Source of the DNA: Tubulanus polymorphus
Taxonomy: Eukaryota; Animalia; Nemertea
Length of the DNA: 64,000 nucleotides
Reading direction: 5' to 3'
Assembly: GCF_964204645.1 (NCBI RefSeq)
Contig: NC_134031.1
Coordinates: forward strand, 15,363,807-15,427,806
This document shows, piece by piece, positions 55,033 to 64,000 of this stretch (position 1 is its first letter; each line of letters begins with the position of its first letter). The notes under the pieces are model-generated. The model saw nothing but the letters and a program-made list of their open reading frames with translations. It had not been told where the DNA came from and did not search any database. Both the position numbers and the translations under genes were made by a program.

Positions 55033-58000
55033 GGGTGTCACTAAACCTAAGACCCCCTAAACCTAAGACCCGTTAGGTCTTATGTTTAGGGGTCTTAGGT
55101 TTAGTGACACCTATATATAATATACTAAACCTAAGACCCCCAAATATCTCGTCTCTGATAAATGAACCAAATTTAAATAGGCCATCGATGGATCATTTTA
55201 ACTAATATCTATATATTAGAACCATTTTGAATAGTCTAAAGTACACAAATAATGATTTAGAGTCGGGTCGTAGGTTTATGGGTCTTAGGTTTATGGGTCT
55301 TAGGTTTAGTGACACCTATATATAATATACTAAACCTAAGACCCCCAAATATCTCGTCTCTGATAAAGAAACCAAATTTTAATAGGCCATCGATGGATCA
55401 TTTTAACTAATATCTATATATTAGAACCATTTCGAATAGTCTAAAGTACACAAATAATGATTTAGAGTCGGGTCTTAGGTTTATGGGTCTTAGGTTTAGT
55501 GACACCTATATATAATATACTAAACCTAAGACCCATAAACCTAAGACCCCCAAATATCTCGTCTTCGAACTATCTGAGCTGCTACTTCATGCCGTATCGC
55601 AAAGAGGTTATGTTTGGCCACCTTTTATCTATTTTTTGTTTGTTTCCATGAAACTTTTTATTAGCAAAATAACTCGGGAAGTTATGAAACGATTTCTGTA
55701 AAATACGTTTACACATGAACAGTTGATTCCTCTAAAGTTAAATTTATTTATTTTCAAGTGTCCACTCTTGATTCGCCAAAACAACAGGCTGAGTTTAAAT
55801 GATCTTATTCAACCAAATAACTCTCCTCATCGAGCTACATTTTTTGAATATTCATTCTTTTTTTCTAGAGATTTATAAGTAGCTGGTGAACTGACACATG
55901 TATTTTAGAACCATTTTTAAATCATCCAAAGTACACAAAATAACGAATTAGAGTCGGGTCTTATGTTTATGGGTCTTAGGTTTAGTGACACCTATATATA
56001 ATATACTAAACCTAAGACCTATAAACCTAAGACCCTCAAATATCTCGTCTCTGATAAATACACCAGATTTTAATAGGCCATCGATGGATACTAATATCTA
56101 TATATTAGAACCATTTTGAATAGTCTAAAGTACACAAATAATGATTTAGAGTCGGGTCTTAGGTTTATGGGTCTTAGGTTTAGTGACACCTATATATAAT
56201 ATACTTAACCTAAGACCCATAAACCTAAGACCCCCAAATATCTCGTCTCTGATAAATGAACCAAATTTTAATAGGCCATCGATGGATCATTTTTACTAAT
56301 ATCTATATATTAGAACCATTTCGTATGGTCTAAAGTACACAAATAATGACTTAGAGTCGGGTCTTAGGTTTATGGGTCTTAGGTTTAGTGACACCTATAT
56401 ATAATATACTAAACCTAAGACCCATAAACCTAAGACCCCCAAATATCTCGTCTCTGTTAAATGAACCAAATTTAAATAGGCCATCGATGGATCATTTTAA
56501 CTAATATCTATATATAAGAACCATTTTGAATAGTCTAAAGTACACAAATAATGATTTAGAGTCGGGTCTTAGGTTTATGGGTCTTAGGTTTAGTGACACC
56601 TATATATAATATACTAAACCTAAGACCCATAAACCTAAGACCCCAAATATCTCGTCTCTGATAAATTAACTAAATTTTAATAGGCCATCGATGAATCATT
56701 TTAACTAATATCTATATATTAGAACCATTTCGAATAGTCTGAAGTACACAAATAATGATTTAGATTCGGGTCTTAGGTTTATGGGTCTTAGCTTTAGTGA
56801 CACCTATATATAATATACTAAACCTAAGACCCATAAACCTAAGACCCTCAAATATCTCGTCTCTGATAAATACACCAGATTTTAATAGGCCATCGATGGA
56901 TCATTTTAACTAATATCTATATATTAGAACCATTTTGAATAGTCTAAAGTACACGAATAATGATTTAGAGTCGGGTCTTAGGTTTATGGGTCTTAGGTTT
57001 AGTGACACCTATATATAATATACTAAACCTAAGACCCATAAACCTAAGACCCCCAAATATCTCGTCTCTGATAAATACACCAGATTTTAATAGGCCATCG
57101 ATGGATCATTTTTACTAATATCTATATATTAGAACCATTTCGTATGGTCTAAAGTACACAAATAATGACTTAGAGTCGGGTCTTAGGTTTATGGGTCTTA
57201 GGTTTAGTGACACCTATATATAATATACTAAACCTAAGACCCATAAACCTAAGACCCCCAAATATCTCGTCTCTGTTAAATGAACCAAATTTATATAGGC
57301 CATCGATGGATCATTTTAACTAATATCTATATATAAGGACCATTTTGAATAGTCTGAAGTACACAAATAATGATTTAGATTCGGGTCTTAGGTTTATGGG
57401 TCTTAGCTTTAGTGACACCTATATATAATATACTAAACCTAAGACCCATAAACCTAAGACCCTCAAATATCTCGTCTCTGATAAAGAAACCAAATTTTAA
57501 TAGGCCATCGATGGATCATTTTAACTAATATCTATATATTAGAACCATTTCGAATAGTCTAAAGTACACAAATAATGATTTAGAGTCGGGTCTTAGGTTT
57601 ATGGGTCTTAGCTTTAGTGACACCTATATATAATATACTAAACCTAAGACCCCCAAATATCTCGTCTCTGATAAAGAAACCAAATTTTAATAGGCCATCG
57701 ATGGATCATTTTAACTAATATCTATATATTAGAACCATTTCGAATAGTCTAAAGTACACAAATAATGATTTAGAGTCGGGTCTTAGGTTTATGGGTCTTA
57801 GGTTTAGTGACACCTATATATAATATACTAAACCTAAGACCCATAAACCTAAGACCCCCAAATATCTCGTCTTCGAACTATCTGAGCTGCTACTTCATAC
57901 CGTATCGAAAAGAGGTTATGTTTGGCCACCGTTTATCTATTTTTTGTTTGTTTCCATGAAACTTTTTATTTGCAAAATAACTCGGAAAGTTATGAAACGA

Positions 58001-60572
58001 TTTCTGTAAAATACGTTTACACATGAACAGTTGATTCCTCTAAAGTTAAATTTATTTATTTTCAAGTGTCCACTCTTGATTCGCCAAAACAACAGGCTGA
58101 GTTTAAATGATCTTATTCAACCAAATAACTCTCCTCATCGAGCTACATTTTTTGAATATTCATTCTTTTTTTCTAGAGATTTATAAGTAGCTGGTGAACT
58201 GACACATGTATTTTAGAACCATTTTTAAATCATCCAAAGTACACAAAATAACGAATTAGAGTCGGGTCTTATGTTTATGGGTCTTAGGTTTAGTGACACC
58301 TATATATAATATACTAAACCTAAGACCTATAAACCTAAGACCCTCAAATATCTCGTCTCTGATAAATACACCAGATTTTAATAGGCCATCGATGGATACT
58401 AATATCTATATATTAGAACCATTTTGAATAGTCTAAAGTACACAAATAATGATTTAGAGTCGGGTCTTAGGTTTATGGGTCTTAGGTTTAGTGACACCTA
58501 TATATAATATACTAAACCTAAGACCCATAAACCTAAGACCCCCAAATATCTCGTCTCTGTTAAATGAACCAAATTTAAATAGGCCATCGATGGATCATTT
58601 TAACTAATATCTATATATAAGAACCATTTTGAATAGTCTAAAGTACACAAATAATGATTTAGAGTCGGGTCTTAGGTTTATGGGTCTTAGGTTTATGGGT
58701 CTTAGGTTTAGTGACACCTATATATAATATACTAAACCTAAGACCTATAAACCTAAGACCCCCAAATATCTCGTCTATGTTAAATGAACCAAATTTAAAT
58801 AGGCCATCGATGGATCATTTTAACTAATATCTATATATAAGAACCATTTTGAATAGTCTAAAGTACACAAATAATGATTTAGAGTCGGGTCTTAGGTTTA
58901 TGGGTCTTAGCTTTAGTGACACCTATATATAATATACTAAACCTAAGACCTATAAACCTAAGACCCTCAAATATCTCGTCTCTGATAAATACACCAGATT
59001 TTAATAGGCCATCGATGGATCATTTTAACTAATATCTATATATTAGAACCATTTTGAATAGTCTAAAGTACACGAATAATGATTTAGAGTCGGGTCTTAG
59101 GTTTATGGGTCTTAGGTTTAGTGACACCTATATATAATATACTAAACCTAAGACCCATAAACCTAAGACCCCCAAATATCTCGTCTCTGATAAATACACC
59201 AGATTTTAATAGGCCATCGATGGATCATTTTAACTAATATCTATATATTAGAACCATTTTGAATAGTCTAAAGTACACAAATAATGATTTAGAGTCGGGT
59301 CTTAGGTTTATGGGTCTTAGGTTTAGTGACACCTATATATAATATACTAAACCTAAGACCCATAAACATAAGACCTCAAATATCTTGTCTCTGATGAATA
59401 AACCAATTTGAGATGTTTCATTAAAAACATTTCTCGGAAATCTGGTACCCTCTCATGCTCGCTATTGATCACTTTTGAAAGGTTGCGGGGAATTGCTCCA
59501 AGTGCGCTTATAAAGTATCGTATGTCTTGGGTTTTCAATCCATTTCCAATAAAACAATCTCGGATGGAATCCAGAACATGAGTGAATTATGGTCGATCAG
59601 CCTTTTCACTAGCATCAGATTTTCATTCCCACTATGACTAGATTAGTTGAAATTAGTTTAGAACTTGATATGAAAACTTTCATGAATATGTCATATTTAA
59701 CTGTGTGAGCCATCCTCGCTCACTCTAAACATTATAAACAAGACGACCGATCTCAAGTGTTTTCCACCCGGTTAACTAGTATCCATACTTCTCGGCCTTT
59801 AAAATTTTGTTCTACCCGGTACCAGACATGCCGCGGCCATGTCATGCCACGTGCGCGGACTACACTGATGAATATGGTTTTGGCAAGTGAGTTTTATGAC
59901 CCGTCTTGTACTGGTTGCCGGTAGTGAAATAAGAAAATATCTTTGATTGTAGGACAAGCGCCCTTTTTATTGTAAATAAACACACACAGAAATTTCGTTC
60001 TTCGTAGTTTATCACCTATGTAAAAGAGAAAACGGTCAGTTTTTCAGACACATTATTTGAATTTTGGGTCTTTAGATTGTCTCAGAAAGAGTCTGAGAAG
60101 CAGAAACTTCGTAAATTTCGCGCTTCGGTGGGTATGCCGGGATATTATCGAGATGGGCGCCCCCTCTTTCCTAGAATCCTGGATCCGCCCCTGTTATTTA
60201 TCAGAGACGTATTTGAGGTCTTATGTTTATAGGTCTTAGGTTTAGTATATTATATATAGGTGTCACTAAACCTAAGACCCATAAACCTAAGACCCGACTC
60301 TAAATCATTATTTGTGTACTTTATTTTTTTATTTTTTTATTTTTTTACTATTCGAAATGGTTCTAATATATAGATATTAGTTAAAATGATCCATCGATGG
60401 CCTATTAAAATTTGGTTCATTTATCAGAGACGAGATATTTGGGGGTCTTAGGTTTATGGGTCTTAGGTTTAGTATATCATATATAGGTGTCACTAAACCT
60501 TAGACCCCCTAAACATAAGACCTAACGGGTCTTAGGTCTTAGGTTTAGGGGGTCTTAGGTTTAGTGACACCC
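55033..60572. mobile_element. Non-autonomous foldback / Mutator-like DNA transposon, 5540 bp, 10 bp TSD
   Basis: GCTCGACCAA flanks both ends (55023-55032, 60573-60582). Termini GGGTGTCACTAAACCTAAGACCCCCTAAACCTAAGACC... are inverted at the right end. No transposase ORF is visible. Confidence 0.9.
55081..59410. repeat. ~205 bp tandem satellite array (about 19 units) forming the expanded left arm of the element
   Basis: Unit marker GACACCTATATATAATATACT recurs at 55106, 55311, 55501, 55987, 56185, 56390 ... 59328. Unit length varies mostly with the number of 15 bp TAAACCTAAGACCCA subrepeats. Confidence 0.95.
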
Positions 60573-61119
60573 GCTCGACCAAAGGCGATAGCAATATCTA
60601 ATATCCGAGGGCATGTATCGTCCAGGATCCAGTTCCACAGTTCTGAGAAGATTTTACTCAACTCACAACTGTGGCCTGGACGATATATGATATCCTGAGG
60701 AGATGTGTATTTTCATGAAAAATGAACTTCAAACTCCAGACATGCCCATACAAAAACTAGTCGTTAAGACGTCACATTGAAATGTCCAGGGGTCTGAAAG
60801 CAATGGATTCGGGGCAGGGGAATGATAATACGCAGGAGCTCTTTTCAGGTCTTATACGATATCTGAAATAATTCGTAAAAAACATGTATTGATCGTTAAT
60901 CAACACAGGTAAAGCAGTCAGTTCGTTCAGAATGCCCTGAAGGCAAAGAACGATTATCTATACCAGACGGTAAAATTAATATTGCGATCGAATTTGCAAT
61001 ATTTTAATCACTGAAATTGATTCAATATATTTCGAAATTTTCTACGCTCGTAATCTTTCTGTTCTTGTATTTGCAATAGATAACGATCTATACGTAGTTT
61101 ATCAGACGGCGCATCAGAC

Positions 61120-62094
61120 ATGAACCACACCCAACAACTAGTCCCGCGGGCCGTGACTCCTCGCTTCACCGTCGGCTTCTACGCTCTGCGCGTACAAGCG
61201 TCTTCGCAGATAGACGGAAATGTTTACTTTTACTTGTATTGTAGCTTGAATTTTGTGAGTCTGTGTCTCGGATTTATCGGCAATATCTTTATCGTTTGCG
61301 TCATGTTGACGGAGCGTCTGCGGCGACGATCTTACAGTCGTTTCTTCTTTTGCCTCGCGCTGTCCGACACGGTTATTCTAGCCTATCAACTATGTATCTT
61401 CTTAAACGTAGTCAGCTATTACTTTTTCGGAATCGGAATCATTCCCCTAAACGGTTACATATCCTGTTGTTTCTACGAGTACACGGTAACGACGTGTACT
61501 TTCAGTCCGTACGTTCTCGTGATCATCTCAACAGAAAGACTGAGCGTAATTCATTTCCCGTTCACCGCTAAACGATTCTGGACGCTGAAACATAATTCAG
61601 TTTGGATGATAGGGCTGCTCTTTGTCATATGTTCGCTGTATAGTTTTGTCTGGTGGGAGATCGCTTACGTCAGAGATATGGGATGTATATTCACGTCACC
61701 AATCGTGTATTCGTATTACATGTCAATCGGACCGGCCATCACGGCATTCATTCCAACCTTTATTCTGATGCTCACCACGAGCGCTATAATCATTTCATTG
61801 CGCACCAATAAAATCAAAACCCTCAAATCTTCATCGGCCTCGAAACAAGCGACCGTTATGATTTTGGCGACTTCGATATTTTTTCTCATTACCATATGCC
61901 CGCTGTGTACGATAGCCGTACTAATGACGCTCCATTCCGGGGACAGTTTCAACGAATCGTTCAATGTACCGTACAAAATAGCTAGCACCCTGTTCAGTCT
62001 GAATTACTCCGCCAATTTCTATATCTATCTATTAACCGGGAAAGAAGTTCGTGATTCCGCAAAGCAGCTTATTTGCTGCACGAAAAGTCGGTGA
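61120..62094 (+). CDS. Intronless class A peptide GPCR, 324 aa
   Basis: TM1 GFIGN, TM2 LALSD, TM3 end ERL..I.FP, TM5 FIP, TM6 FL...CP, TM7 NYSANFYIY, C-terminal CC. Confidence 0.9.
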   Translation: MNHTQQLVPRAVTPRFTVGFYALRVQASSQIDGNVYFYLYCSLNFVSLCLGFIGNIFIVCVMLTERLRRRSYSRFFFCLALSDTVILAYQLCIFLNVVSYYFFGIGIIPLNGYISCCFYEYTVTTCTFSPYVLVIISTERLSVIHFPFTAKRFWTLKHNSVWMIGLLFVICSLYSFVWWEIAYVRDMGCIFTSPIVYSYYMSIGPAITAFIPTFILMLTTSAIIISLRTNKIKTLKSSSASKQATVMILATSIFFLITICPLCTIAVLMTLHSGDSFNESFNVPYKIASTLFSLNYSANFYIYLLTGKEVRDSAKQLICCTKSR

Positions 62095-62193
62095 AAGTAT
62101 TCAGCTCCCCTGTTGTATTAAGTACATGAACATTGTATATTGTAAAACTGTCCATCACAAAACGTCTGATGACAGCTCAACCGCTCACTCTAT

Positions 62194-62398
62194 CAGGGGC
62201 GGATCCGGGGCGGACTTTGACAGGAGCACAATGAAATGAAATGGGCATAAAACAAGTGTCTGGAGAATTATGAAATTGAATCTTGCTCATTGTGGGAGGA
62301 AAAAGTGCCCTGAAAAATATTGCTATCGTATTTTCAAATAGGGACAGGAAAATCGCGATGGAGCGTGTGCTCTTTGTGCCCGGCTGGATCCGCCCCTG
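62194..62398. mobile_element. MITE with CAGGGGCGGATCC termini (hAT-like family)
   Basis: CAGGGGCGGATCC...GGATCCGCCCCTG. Related elements or ends near 11337-11553, 28920, 44456, 46960 and 60180. Confidence 0.65.
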
Positions 62399-62936
62399 GT
62401 AACTGTTGCGCTGATGCTGTTAATTTCCCGCCACTTTTTGCGTTTGATATTTGAAGCGATAGACACTGACTTCCTTACCGACACAGAGACCGTGGGATTC
62501 ATTGCTCGAATAAGTTGAATGGTTTTGATTTATGAAATAAGATGTTCGGCATTATCCTTATCCTTAACATCAGATCATGATGCGTTTGTATCTATCCTCA
62601 TATGGGATGTTCCTGCAGAAATGTTAGTTCGAATCCTGCTGATTGCAGTGTAAAAGAAATGTGGGTTCGAATCCAACAATGCGATGGAATTTTGAAATCC
62701 TGGTATGACCTGTGCGAGATCTAAGAATGTGTGAAGATAAGCTTTGAAATATATATTTGCTTTTTATTCTGCACCCAACAGACGAAAATGAATAAATTAG
62801 TTAACAAAAATAAATATATACGGCTTGAAACAACTACGGGCAGCAGGAATAGATGAACAAAATAATTTCATTTTTGGTCCATCAGTACTTGTTAGAAGTA
62901 CATCTAATTCACATTTCCTGAGAACGTGTGAACAGT

Positions 62937-64000
<1,064 letters not shown>

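Noticed and set aside
55081-59410. CRISPR-like array (palindromic repeats at regular spacing)
   Set aside because: The intervening sequences are near-identical rather than unique spacers, there are no cas genes, the context is eukaryotic, and the TSD/TIR explain it as a transposon satellite.
55033-60572. Interstitial telomeric repeat (TTAGG within the 15-mer)
   Set aside because: TTAGG occurs only as part of a longer TIR subrepeat and never as tandem telomere units.

Overview
AT-rich, intron-containing animal genomic DNA. It is probably a marine lophotrochozoan-type invertebrate (inference; the species cannot be read from the sequence). I reconstructed 12 protein-coding loci by hand from GT-AG splice sites. 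In order they are: an intronless class A GPCR, a BK-channel beta-subunit-like gene, a short TTC17-like TPR membrane protein, NECAP and ZMYND12 head-to-head, an AQP4-like aquaporin, a PstS-receptor guanylyl-cyclase fusion, a secreted PAN/C-type-lectin protein, a secreted three-finger (Ly6) protein, beta-tubulin, a second GPCR, and a second, inverted, near-identical beta-tubulin (partial). The standout is the minus-strand gene at 31280-38569 (1029 aa). It encodes a signal peptide, a bacterial-type PstS phosphate-binding ectodomain with the phosphate ligands conserved, a TM helix, a kinase-homology domain and a degenerate guanylyl-cyclase domain, so it is a candidate cell-surface phosphate receptor. 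Other notable items are an aquaporin lacking the ar/R histidine, a 5.5 kb foldback/Mutator-like element (10 bp TSD) whose left arm has grown into a ~205 bp satellite array, several minimal hammerhead-ribozyme motifs of Penelope type, and many MITEs/SINEs. All calls were made by eye, without database searches.
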